The position numbers and the translations under genes are program-made. From Mesotaenium endlicherianum (taxonomy: Eukaryota): 36,908 nucleotides of DNA. The stretch is taken from NCBI GenBank assembly GCA_009602735.1, contig WELA01002985.1:192418-229325 (forward strand), read 5' to 3'. Under the pieces are notes generated by a model, which was not told where the DNA came from, ran no database searches, and saw nothing but the letters and a program-made list of their open reading frames with translations. Below, piece after piece: positions 11,949 to 24,127 of the stretch. Position 1 is the first letter of the stretch, and each line of letters begins with the position of its first letter.

Positions 11949-12203
11949 AGGCTGGTCCCCACTCTCGGTGCATTTCGAGCCAGATTGCTCCGATTGCACG
12001 CGCCCACGGACGGCCTCGGAGACACTGACTTCAGCCCGCCAGGTGCGGACGCATCTGGACAGGATGCAGATGCAGGTGCACCTGGACGCACGCACGGGGC
12101 AGGTGCAGGTGCAGGTGCGGAGCGAGCATCTGGCACTGCTGGTGCAGAGGGCGGAAGGGGAGGGGGAGGGGGAGGGGGAGGAAGAGAGAGAGGGGGAAGC
12201 TGA
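11949..12203 (+). CDS. Probable next exon of the HU-domain gene (RLVPTLGAF...GAGAGAGAERASGTAGAEGGRGGG); its end is unreliable because it runs into the duplicated segment
   Basis: ctgac branch-like site, pyrimidine tract and ggcggcag| acceptor ending at 11948; phase 0 fits the exon 2 donor. An alternative acceptor at 11407 also fits phase 0. Confidence 0.4.
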   Translation, partial: RLVPTLGAFRARLLRLHAPTDGLGDTDFSPPGADASGQDADAGAPGRTHGAGAGAGAERASGTAGAEGGRGGGGGGGGRERGGS

Positions 12204-12597
12204 GGGTGCAGCTGCGGAGGTCAAGTTTGACGAGAAGCGCATCGTGCCCCCCACTCCTGCTGCTAATTCTGCTGCTGCTGCTGCTCCCAGGGCTGCGATT
12301 GGCGGCACCAATGGCTCTGCAGCAAGTGGACCTGCCCCGGGTGAGACCTATGCGGAGATGGCCAACAAGAAGGCATCTGCAGACTCCAAGGGGAGCCTCG
12401 GCGCCGATCCTCGTGCGGCAGAGGGTGGAGCAGCAACAGCTGCAGTCTCAGTGCCACCAGCCAGGGCGGCAGGGGGAGCTGGTGCGACACCAGGCGCAGC
12501 TGCAGCTGTGCTGCCACGTGGTGGCCAGGAGGGGGGGAAGGGGGTGGGGGCAGGCTCGGCTGCACACCACCCACCGGTGAGTTACGCGGACGCAGTG
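12149..12597. repeat. 449-bp direct duplication, copy 2 (matches 2086-2534)
   Basis: Same sequence as 2086-2534, starting inside a GGGGGA run. Confidence 0.95.
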
Positions 12598-13425
12598 GTG
12601 CACTCGGAAGAGGAGGAGGCTCTCTCGGATGGTGGGGGTGGCAAAGGCAAGATAAGCAATGGCAGCAGCTTTCCTGTTGACGATGAGGTGGCGCCTGAGG
12701 TGGCGGCTGGCGCAGCTCCCCCGGGGTCATATGCCGAAGCTGTGCTGCAGCCGAAGGACGAGGAAGCGAACAATGGCCAGGGGGCGGCACAAATGACAGC
12801 CAGCAAGGAAGAGAACAAGGAAGATGGAGAAGGAGCGGGGGGGGGAAAGGCTGGGGAGATGCAGGTGCAAGAGGGCGGCGGGAAGCCTTCCACTGGGGGA
12901 GGAGGCTTGGCAGCGCCTGCAGCAGGGAAGAAGGGGAAGAAAGGTAAGAAGGGGAAGGGAGGAGGAGGAGGAGGAGCTGCTAAGGGGGAGCAGCTGCCTG
13001 CCTCCCAAGAGGGACAAGAGGAGGAGCAAGCAGGCAAGGAGAAGAAGCAGACATCGAGGGCGACACCTGGCAGGGCGCAGGTGACTGCCAGGCCATACGT
13101 GCCTGCCTTGAATGTAAGTTGGGGATTACCTTATTTCTCCATGCTCTTCGGACATCCCCCCTGGTCCCCTCCTCACCTGCCCCCCTGCCGTCTCGCTCTC
13201 CCTCGCTCTCGCAGGCCGGTGCAAGCATGAGCTGGCTCTTGGAATGCAGGCTGCAATTGGCCTGCAGCACGAGGAATGTGTGCTGCTGCTGCTGCTGCTG
13301 CGTGTCTTCGTTGCTCATGCTGGTATCCGTGCCCGGTGCTCCAACTCTCTCGTGTCTCTGCCTGTGCGGTGCAGCCTCGTGCTGAGAGCCACGTGGCGCC
13401 GCGCAGACCTGCCAGCCACTCCTGA
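12149..13425 (+). CDS. 3' part of the disordered SYA-motif protein (exon to 13113, probable terminal exon 13375-13425)
   Basis: Open frame with ETYAEMA, VSYADAV, GSYAEAV and GKKGKKGKKGK; strong donor AAT|gtaagt at 13113/13114 (phase 0); acceptor gtgcag| then PRAESHVAPRRPASHS* at 13375-13425. Other acceptors near 13214 and 13249 are possible. Confidence 0.6.
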
Positions 13426-15334
13426 GGATCGCTCTGTGAAGCCGCCATGGCTGTACGCACTCTAGCACGCTCGAGCATGGGACTCAAAAGTGGTCTCTGC
13501 TCTGTCTCTCACGGCTCCTCGTCGTGGAGGCCTCTACTTTTGTGTCCAGTCGTTCTTGTCCTGTACAGAATCCTCAGAATACTACTCACGTGTGTGATGA
13601 TTGGAATTGGACGGAGAGTGACTCTGCTGGGCAATAGAAAGGCCGGTGATTGGCTTCATGTGAAAGCTTGATCTGTTTGAATCCCGTGTTTAGTGCACAT
13701 CCTCGGAGTAGACAGAATGGAGGGCTTGGCTATAACATACTCCGACGTGTGCCTCTCCATACATGCTTTACTTAAATTGTTCTCATTCTATTTTGTGTTG
13801 GTTCATAATTAATCAACTGTGCCGTGCATAAGAACCAGTGATTTGACATTTTGCGTCTCAAATTCATCATCTGGGGAGCAAGATTTGGTGAGGGAAGTAA
13901 GAAAAAGGCGGGTAGAGATATGTATACCTACTTTTATAGGAACCTCAGTGGTGGGGAAATGCATGTAGAGTAGGAGGCAAACATCAAAGGATGCAGCAGA
14001 TTGGCCAATCACAAAAGAAGAGCTCCTGACATAGAAAAGAGACCACCGGCACCTTAAATAAAAGAGACCCTGCCGGCCTGCACCAGCCAGAACATGGAAA
14101 GAAATCTGCTAGGTTTCCATATGGCCGCCTAAGTTGGAAGACAAGAATATGCACACTGCTCAGTGTGCTGCAACTAGCACTCTGTCAAATAAAGTTATGC
14201 TGTGCAGTAAAGGTCGACCTGCAGGAAAGACGCACCCCTGTAATCATTGATCGGTTAATCGCAGATCAAAATAGGAAATTAGCCAAGCTTGCTAACTTGC
14301 AAATGGCTAACCTGATGCAGGTTCGGATTCAATGTTTGACACATGCACATAACAATCTGATGTAAGTACTTGCCGATTGCCTATCTGTGCATACTCTTGT
14401 CGTAATTATTTTAGAGCTTTCGTGGCCGGCGGCAAGCAAGAAGCAAAAGAATTTGGCAAACCACAAGAAGACTAAACCCAATGCTTCTTGCAAGATAGCT
14501 TGGAAGCAGGATGAATCAGATGACATGTGAGCATGGAAACTTACAAAGCATATTGATCCAACTGAATGAACGGGTTTACCACCAAGCCTAGGTCGGTATT
14601 GGTGTCACAGTACAACCCACTCAAACCGAGCTCTGGGGTGAACTGCAAGAGTACGTGACTTGCAACTTAGACATCTGAAGCGTAAATTATAGATGGCCCT
14701 TACAGCTGCAACAGAATAGAAGAGATTTCCTCGCGTACCACGTTGGCACTGCCTCGCATCATTTCACTCGTACAGATGTCCCACATAGTATCCCATACTG
14801 CATGCTTCTTAGAGTTCAGGGAGTAGGGCCCGGCTGATGTGGGCCAATAAAATCAACTTTTTTTCTTCCAAATTTTCCAGGGTCGACAGTACAGCACTTC
14901 CTATATTGTTTACTCTTCACGTGTTTGTCAGCCTCCTCCTGAAGAGATAAGCCTGGCGCACCAGACAAACTCTATGGCCTGCTATGCCGGCTTCACCAGC
15001 CCACCACATGACCAACAAGGGGGTGCTAACCTCAATTTGCTCACATGCTCGTCTTCATATACCTCCGTATTTCTCTTCCTTCGAGGCCCTCCTCCCTCCT
15101 CTTCTTCATCTTTCTCCGACAGCCTTCCCCCGTCTTTCGTGTGGAACACTTTCTTCTTCCTCTTCCCAAGGAAGAATCGCAAATACACACTTGAGGTTTG
15201 TTACTGCGGCTGTGCAGCTCCCACGACAGACGGCTTCGCTGCTGCTGCCGCCATCAACTGGCGGACGCACGCCGTTGCGCTAGTCAAAAATTACCAACTG
15301 CCAGAGCGCAACCGTGCGCGATCATTACATCACA

Positions 15335-18300
15335 TCACGGGTGGATTTCCTGCGACACCTCAAACTTGTTGAAGAACACGTACTGCATCTCTTGCAGCCA
15401 CACCTGCCAAGAAGAGAAACCAAAACAGGATAATATCAACGTCTGATGAAAATGAAAGACTCAGAAAACAAAGAGAAGCGAAGAGAAGAAAAACGGCAAG
15501 CGCACACGACACGAAAAGACAGATGCCAGCTGTCGAGGGCCCAGTCAGGGAGCACCTGCACAAGGAAGGCCGAACACTCACGCACAAGACACACCAGCCG
15601 GGCCTCCTCCGTCACACGTGTGCGAGCGTGCGTGCGCGCGTTTGTGTGTGCGTACATGTGTGTGTATGCATCTGAGTTTATACAAGCTGGATATCCTCCG
15701 ATAGGGGCCTGCTGCTTCTATAAGCACTTAGGAGCCTACAGTCCCAGCCACTGTAAGATGCAAATAACAGAATATGGGGGCCCGCACTCACGCTGCGAGC
15801 GACCGGGGAGCTCCCTTCCGCTTCTTCCTCAGATGGTGATAGTGCCTCTCAATGTGAATACAAACCAGACGAATGCTTGCCAGAAGAGCCCGGTGAGCTA
15901 CGAGGAATTTGCAACTTCCTCATTTGCAGTTTCAAGAAAGCAGCCCCTGCGCGAGGAGTCCAGGAGCAGGGAGAAGAAAGAGAGCCCGCATGGGAGGCAC
16001 CTGCGCTCGTCGGTCTTCGTCAGAGGCACTCAGGAGCATTGGGAGACAACAAACAAGATGCGCTTCAAGGTTGGGCTTAAGAGTGTATGTCAGAGGCAGG
16101 CGGGGCAAGGGGCGGCGTTGGGCGTGACAGGGTTGGTGCAGGGGTGGGGGTGCCGGTGAGTGGGGGTACCTCGTGGCGGAACTCGACGCGCATGTGGGGC
16201 ACGTTTGTCTTGTGGATGTCGTTGCCGTCAGGCCCCTTCTTCCAGTAGTGGTCCCCCACCCAGTGCGCCTGCGCACCCAACCACAGAGCCATATCAGCAG
16301 TGCACAGCTGGCGTGCGTGTGAGCGTCCAATGACCCGCGCCTGAGTGCAATTTTCTCGCAGTGAGTGCGGGAAAAGGAAGGGGCAGGGGAAACGGGAGTA
16401 TTTTTGTGGGATCAAGGACCTGCATGGTCAACTCTTATTTTTTGGAAATTTGAGAAACGTCCTTGGCCCTTTCCGACTCTCAAGAAGAGGCAAGAAGGGC
16501 AGAAAGGGCGGAGGGAGTTTGCTGCCGGACCAAGGACCTGGACGCAGAGAATCCGAGTAACAAAACAGAGGGTTGCCGGCCAGCCGCCTACTCCTGGGTT
16601 TGCTCCAAGCTGCCTGTGCGCAAGTTGGCAAGCAGAGAGGGGCACCGTCCACGTCCCTACAGACCCTCCTCTCTTCTCTCCCAAGAATCTAGAATGACCA
16701 GGAGCCAGCCTTTGATCTCCTCCGGGTGGGAGAGAGCACGCAAGCACAGCCAGGGCACCTCAGCAGAGCTACCCAGGGGGAATGCTTGCCATTTAGCAGA
16801 AACCAATGAAGCTCCTCTAATTATTTGGACCCATGCGCACACCCTGCCACGTTTGCAGATTGAGATCCAGGAAGAACAAATGCGAGAAGAAGTAGGCACG
16901 CATGGACTTATGTCCAGACACCAGGCACGCGCGGGAGCGGAGGAGGAGGACAAGGAGGAGGGGAGGAGGGAGAGGAGGATGAGGAGGAGCTGGGAAAGGA
17001 GCAGGAAGTGGGGTCGGGGGAAGAGAAGAGTTGGGGAAGGAGGGGGAGGAGGATGGGGAGGCAGACCGGAAACACGCACAATTTCCCCTACTGTGCACGC
17101 ACCTTCATGGAGTGGGTGAAGCCCGACTGGTAGACGGAGTTGCGAGCGATTTCGCACAGGTCGCACGAGCTCAGCTTCCACACCTGCCAGGCCGCGGCCC
17201 GCCCCACCAGGGCACGACAGGGGGGGGGGTCAGCGCCGTGCTGGAGCAAGGATTCTCTCACAGGGACACACACATTGGCAAATGGCGTAAGGCTCTGCAG
17301 ACTGATGGCAAGGCCCACCTCTGCATACCCCGCTCCTGGACAGTTGCGGCAGGCCTGCGCCAAGTTTCCTCTTTCTCCTTCCCTGTTCTACCGCTCGCAT
17401 GCTGCAATCTTCACAACGCGCATGTGCATGCACGCGTGTGTGCATCCACGCATGGATGTGTAAGACTCTAGCCCCACAGCTGTTTCTCCCTCTCCCTCCG
17501 CCCCTCAAGCCGCCCGACTATTCCAGAGAGGATGTAGTCTCTACCTCGTCCTGTTCACCCCCTCTGCTTATTATCGCCATTCCACTCAAAGGAAACAAGG
17601 GTGAAAGACAGGGGGGGGGAGTAAGAGAGTAAGAGCAGGAGCAGACACGAAGCAGATGCAGAAGTGGAGGACGATGCATATCACCAGCAAGAGGAAAAGC
17701 AACAGAAAATGACGTCCAAACAGTATGGAGATATGCCCAACAGCAAGGGAGAGTGAGCTGAAGGTAGGAACACTAGTAGTACAAGCGCTTGTACAAGTAT
17801 CAGGAGGATGAAGAAAGTAGGAGGTCCAATTGAACAACCAGAAGGGGGGAAGGGGGGGAGGTGGGGGGTGTTANCTCGACGAGGGGCTCCTTGGTGAGGT
17901 GGATCTGCAGCGGGTCGTCGGTGGACAGCGACACGTTCATGCCGCGCGAGAAGAACATGGGGAACGGGTTGCGGTGGTAGTCCAGGAACAGCGAGTTGTT
18001 GCTTAGCGGCGACATTGCCAGCCCGATCTGCAAAACACCCCTCCCCCCCCCCCCCCACAAGTCGCAGGCCCCCCCCAAAACAGGGTGTGACGCCAGCATC
18101 AGTACAGGTGCCCCAGACAACGCGCGAATGAAAATGTTGTTAGTCCAAGGCATCAAACATGCCCCATGACGTAACCCAAAGTGGATATGCGCATCCCCTT
18201 TCTGCGCGCTCATCTGGCACGGAGGGATCGCACACCAGCGACTCTCCTCCGCGGCTGTCCCTGCAGGCACCTCCCAGCACGCACCCATTCTTGCACGTGC

Positions 18301-20260
18301 CAATGTGCCCCCATGGGTCCGCAAACGTGCGCGCGCGCGTGTACGTGAGTGTGTGTCTGCGGTGCACGCGTGCGTGTCATGCGTGCATATGCCACAGTGC
18401 ATTCTTAAGGGGAAGGGGGGNNNNNNNNNNNNNNNNNNNNNNNNNNNNNNNNNGGGGGGGGGGGGGGGGGAGGAACGGGGGAAGATGACGGGAGTGCTAC
18501 CTGGGCAAGGTAGTAGAGGTACTGCAGCCCGGGGGACTTGCGCAGGTTGTTGCCATGGGCAATGTTGTGCGCCAGCAGGAACGTCGCCGCCAGGTGGTCA
18601 ATGTCCCCCGCCTGCTCTCACCGCCGCCCCCACCGTTGCCCCCGCCGCGGTACCACCCGCCGGCACCAACGCCCCCACGTCACCCCATTCCTATTTGTTA
18701 GTGGTACAGAATCAGAGCTCTCCGATTCTGCTCTCGTGCTATGGTAGCTAACAGAACGCGAGGGGGCGCCAGGGCGCCTGCCATGAGAGGGGGCAGCGGG
18801 TGAGGAGGCGGTGCGGAGGAGTAAGACCAGCAGCACGTGTCTGCGGGCCGTATCTGCAGTCGTCGATCTAGCCTATGAACAGTTTGGGAACACACATTGG
18901 GCCTGTAGAAGGGGGTGCTTGCCGGGGAACGCGGACATGTAATGCATATGACACAATTTCAAGAAGAGAGAGAAGGCGGAATGGTGGCAGAGGAAAGGAA
19001 AGAAACACAACTGACGCCGCCAGTAACACCTGACTGGTATTCGTGGCTGCGGTGCCAGGAGGCTCACCCGTTTCTAAAGGTGCACAAGGGGCGGCATGGG
19101 GCTACTCTGCAGTTATATGTCAGTCAAGTGCAGACACTGGCATAGCATCTCATAACTTCTCCAATTTTAATGGAAGCAGCCGCAGCACACAAGCGCGCGT
19201 GCACACGCCAACACACACACACACACACACACAAACAAACACACACACACCCAGTCACAGCGAGAGCGGAGGAGTACGTTGGTGAAGAGAAAAAAGCGTC
19301 ATCCACTTTTTTATTTGTTGCCGGGGTAGCTGGCTTGCAGCTCAGGGTGGGGGTGGCAAGGAGACGCAGAGACCTCACCTCGCCAGAGTGGGGCCGGAAC
19401 TTGATGATGGACATGCCCTTCGACTCCCTCAGCTGCCACCGACAGAGAGTAAGGAACAGCACACAAACGCACACTCACACATCGTGAGGGCCCACAGCCG
19501 CATGCCGAGCTGGAGACAAGAAATGTTGGCGCCGCAGCATCTGTTGCATCAATGCTGGCAGGCGTAGACGTCCCCCTCTCCCTCCCTCCTCCCCCCTCCC
19601 TCTATCTCTCAGCCTGTCTGCCTTGCTCGTGCAGAGACGTGTATGCGCTCACATGCACACGCATGCCCCTTTCTCCACACACATGCTCACATGCATGCTA
19701 TTTATTTGCCTGCTTGGCAGAAACTGACCTAAAGCGCCCGCCAGCTGCAGTGCTGTGATGAGCTGAGAAACTCAGGGGCAGCTTTCAACAGCTCACGGGG
19801 AGCAGCCACCAGTAGTGGGTGTGTTAAGCCTGCTAGAGCTCAAGAGTCGGGTGCATGCAGTGCTGACCTTGTTGAGAGTGTAGAGGTTGGCGTAGACGTA
19901 GTAGGCCCAGTAGGAGTAGGCCGGGTTGAACGGGTTGTCCCACTGGCCAGGTGTCGGCATGTGCTTGGTCGGCCGCCTCTCGGGCTTGCTCTCGTCGTCC
20001 ACCATGTCGAAGCCCACCACCTGCGGGCCACGATCGCCCAGACAGCCCGGAGACTCGCAAGCCGTCAGCCTTCTTGCCCAGAGAGGGGGGGAGAGCGAGG
20101 GAGACACAGAGAGAGATGGGTGGCGCGTTCCCCACCCTCCGTCGCCGTCTGTCGAGGAGGAGAAGCCCCTCAATGACACGCTCCCTGCGGTTGCTGAGTG
20201 AGCCGCACGCAAGCTTGGACAATATTTACGGCGAGCGGCCATAGCCCGATACACAGCTTT

Positions 20261-20315
<55 letters not shown>

Positions 20316-20964
20316 TCCAGCGTGATTGTCATCACACAGATGGAGGCGTCCCAAGAGCAGAAGCAGGAGGAGGAGGAGAGGGACAGACCAGACCAGGATG
20401 TGCCATGCGCGGGAGGGGGGGGGGGGGACTCTGTGTCACTCACGTATTTGAGGAAGATGTGGAGGTGCGGGTGGGACGCGGGGTCGATGGTGACTTCAAA
20501 GAGCGGCACGAACACGTTGTCCAGCAGCGTCTGGAACGTCTGCACGATGCCCATCTCGCGGTACACGCTGTACAGCCGTGGCAGCTGCGCCCGCTCCTCC
20601 CGAGAGCGCACACACGCACACGCTCCACACCCACCCCAACAGGGCAAGACACGAGCACACGCACCGTCAAGGTAAGAATGTCAGAGCGAGCGGCGGCAGG
20701 ATGCCAGATGGCAGGCTGCAAGCAGTAGGATGTGAACAACGGGTAGCCTGATACAAATATAGGTCTGACTACTGGTGTGGCGGTGGCTGCGCAGGAGGAG
20801 TCTGCTGTGCTGCTCCCTGCCCCTCTGCCCCTGCATTACGCCTGCTGCTAGAGAGACAGCGTGCTCGCTTGCCAGCTCCTGACCTGCCCTCTCTCTATGC
20901 CCTGCTGCCACTGCGGCAGCACCCACCAGAGGCTCTGCAACAGTTATGGCGGCTAAGAAGTGTC

Positions 20965-20995
<31 letters not shown>

Positions 20996-23900
20996 ACAGA
21001 CGCTGGACTCGCATCAGAGCCCCTACTGGTCCTCTCACTGCAAGATGACGCGAGGAAAGAGCCGCTTAGAGAATGCTGCGGGGGAGCAGTAGGCGAGTGA
21101 AACTCTTATCCTTTCCTTCTGACTCTTATAAATTAGGTTCTGAGAGTAGAAGATGGAAGGGGGGGGCATGCATTGCCCAGCAAGGCGGAGACGGCACCTT
21201 GCCACAGAGTGTGCTGGCCAACAGGGGGGGGAGGAGGCCCCAAAGGATGCATGACAGGTGGAGGAATGAGGCATGACACGTGGCGCGTAGACAGTCATAC
21301 AAACAACCGGAAGGACATGCAGACCTGGATGAGCCACACGACGTTGTCACTGTGCAGCTCGTTGTTGACAATCCACGCCGCCAGCTGGTCCCACTCGCTC
21401 TTCTTGCGCCCGTACACGGAGATCCTGTACTCCGCCATCTGTCGCGCCCCAGTTGCCCCCCCCGCACCGCAGGCAAGCCCAGGCCTCAGTCGCAGACGAT
21501 AGAAGAGGAGAGCAGAGCACAGACGCACATGACAGCAAGCACGTTACTTTGGCCCTTGAAGGCGAGCTGGTAGGTCCATGAGGAGGCTTCCTAAGGGCCT
21601 GGCTGATGCTACTGCTAGTGCTGGCGTCGAAGCTGCTGCTGCTGCTATGCTGCTGTTGCTCCTGCTGCTCCTGCTGCTTGAAGAAGGGGGGGAGGAAGAA
21701 GGCGAGACAGGGGGGGCACCTGGTACTTGCTTGCCGCCAGGTCCGTGAACACCTCCTTGGTGAGCTCCGCCAGGAAGCGCCCTGCGGGGAGGCCACATGG
21801 CACAGGACGACAAGAGGGCGGGGAGCGAGACACAGCGCCCATGCACAACATACACGTCAGCAGGCGGCTATCGCAGCCCGAAGGGACCAGGCGTCACACA
21901 CCTCTCATCGAACTCCCTCATCCTCTCTCCGTCCCTCACAAAAACCCACGAGCGCGCGTGCGTGCGTGTGTGCAGGTGCTTGTTCATTCTAGCAAGCGGC
22001 CAATCGCAACAGGCACGCAACGTGCCAGGATGGCTGGCCAGCAGCTCGAGCCTGGAAAGCTCCAGACTCTGGGCATCGTAGAGACGGCCAGACGCCTCTT
22101 TTCAGAGAGCTTGCAACCCACGCACCGCGACGACAGGGGGCTCCTAGAGGGCTGTCTGGAATACCCTCTAAGCACGCTTGCAGAACGGCACGAGCAAGAA
22201 GAGAGCAAAGGGGATGGAGAGGAGGTCGAGAAGAGGAAGTAGAAGGAAGAGGAGCAGAATGGAGAAAGGAGGGGGGCGGAAGGGGGCTTTGAGGGGGGTT
22301 CAAGCGGATGAAAGAAGGGGCTGCCATGTGTCGTGGCAAAAAGAGGTCGTGCAAAATTGTGCAAGTGCCTTACAAGCGCAGGAGCCAGGAGCCAGTGGAC
22401 GACGCGAGAGCGCTCGCTTGCAAGCACGTGCATGAGCACGTAGGAGGAGGAGGGAGGAGCGGCGGGCAGGGGAGGGCCACACGGACCCTGGATGAGGTTG
22501 TCCTGCTTGATGAAGATCTCCCGCAGCCGGCTCTGCCCGCAAGGGTTGTACTTGAGGTTGAAGCGGTCGAAGCGGTGGAACGTGTTCTTGTCCGCGTGCA
22601 CGTCCAGCAGGTCCACGTTCAGGTCGTATCTGCCGCCCGGCAGCCCCCACACCCCCCCGTGCCCCCGTCGCCCACACCCAACGTTGCCAATTATTTCAGT
22701 ATCAGCAGGCCTGAACCTTGCTCAACTTGTCGAGCGCAGGAGCTTGGGGGGGTGGGGGGAGAGGGAAGGGGTGGGACATGGCCATTCAATTCAGCCAGGC
22801 CAGCTGGGCTCAGGGCTGGCCACCTGGCGGTATCTGCTGCTCGGATAATGCGTACGAGCTCCGGTAGAAGGGAAAGGGGGAGAGGCACTGCTGCTGTTGC
22901 AGGTGCACACATCGAGAGCATACGTGAGCACGCCCAAACATCAAACACCCATCTGCATATTTTGCCAGGACCTTGAGCACTACTATGGCCAACACCAGAG
23001 CCTTAGGCCCGAACTGCAAACACCTACTTAATTTCTAAACCTTATTGCAAACCCCTATCTCCTAGCCCTCATTGCATACCCTTACCTCCCGAGTCTTACC
23101 GTTATACCCCTACCTTCTCTCTTCTCACCCTCAAAGCCTCACCTCCTACATCATTTCGCAAACCCCTACCAACTAACATCAAACGGAGGCCGGTGGCTGT
23201 TGTTGACGAGGGAACAAAGAACAACAAGCAAGGAAAGGAGTTGGTCGGTGAGTGCGGGGGACGGGAGAGGAAAGGGCCCTACTGACCCGGTGAGGTCGAG
23301 GCTTTCAAACACCTCTCTCAGCGTCAGGTACTTGCCGTCCCTGAAGATCACCAGCTGTGCACACGCACGCACGCACGCACGCGCCGCAATACTCAACAGA
23401 AGGTGTCAGCCGCTTTCCATCCACCAAAATTGTTGCTAAGTCTGGCATGGGAAGGGGGGCGAGAAGAGGGGGAAAGGGTAGTCTGGCATGCTGTAGGTTG
23501 CCTCTAATTTGGGGGGAGGGGAGGGGAGCGAGGAAGGGACTTTTTACGGTAAAGCAGATCAAGAAACCTGCAGCCCCCACAGAGGGACGCCCGTGGGGAA
23601 GAGGGGACACGGATTGCCCCAAGACAGGGCGCTTCACAGGCACAAGCTTTTTCTGCCAGCTTCGGGCTCTGAAGGTATCCAGCTCCCACCTGTCTCCAGA
23701 TATGTTCCCCAGCCGCACAAACAAGCAGAGCGACGACAGCCAGCCGGGCAGGGCCGCCCGCTGCCACAGACCTCTTCCCGAAGCAGTCGATCCAGGGTGG
23801 GGCGAGGCAGAGAGGGAGGGGGAAAGGTGGAGGGAGGGGAGGACGAGCGCACGGACAGACCTCGTCGGGCTCCTTGCGCAGCTTGGACTTGATGAAGCGC

Positions 23901-24077
23901 AGCAGATGCTTCTGGTTCATACAGGCGGAGTGGTGCACGTGCGTGTCCACCTTGCGCACGTTGTAGAAGTCGCGGTGCGGCGCGCTCTTCTGGGCCACAA
24001 ACTCGCGGTCCGCGTTCAGCATCAGGTGCAGGTTGAACTTCTGCGCGCGCGCGTGTACATGCGTATACACACACACG

Positions 24078-24127
<50 letters not shown>

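Noticed and set aside
11929..13230. 433-aa ORF as a single intact gene
   Set aside because: It has a TTG start inside probable intron sequence, crosses the suspected chimeric junction at about 12149, and reads through a strong donor at 13114.
14982..15188. Lys/Glu-rich minus-strand ORF with an NLS-like look
   Set aside because: It has no ATG start and lies in the purine-rich probable 3'UTR of AMPD.
15446..17119. Plus-strand ORFs of 237 and 218 aa
   Set aside because: Antisense to AMPD introns and exons, with no recognisable motifs.
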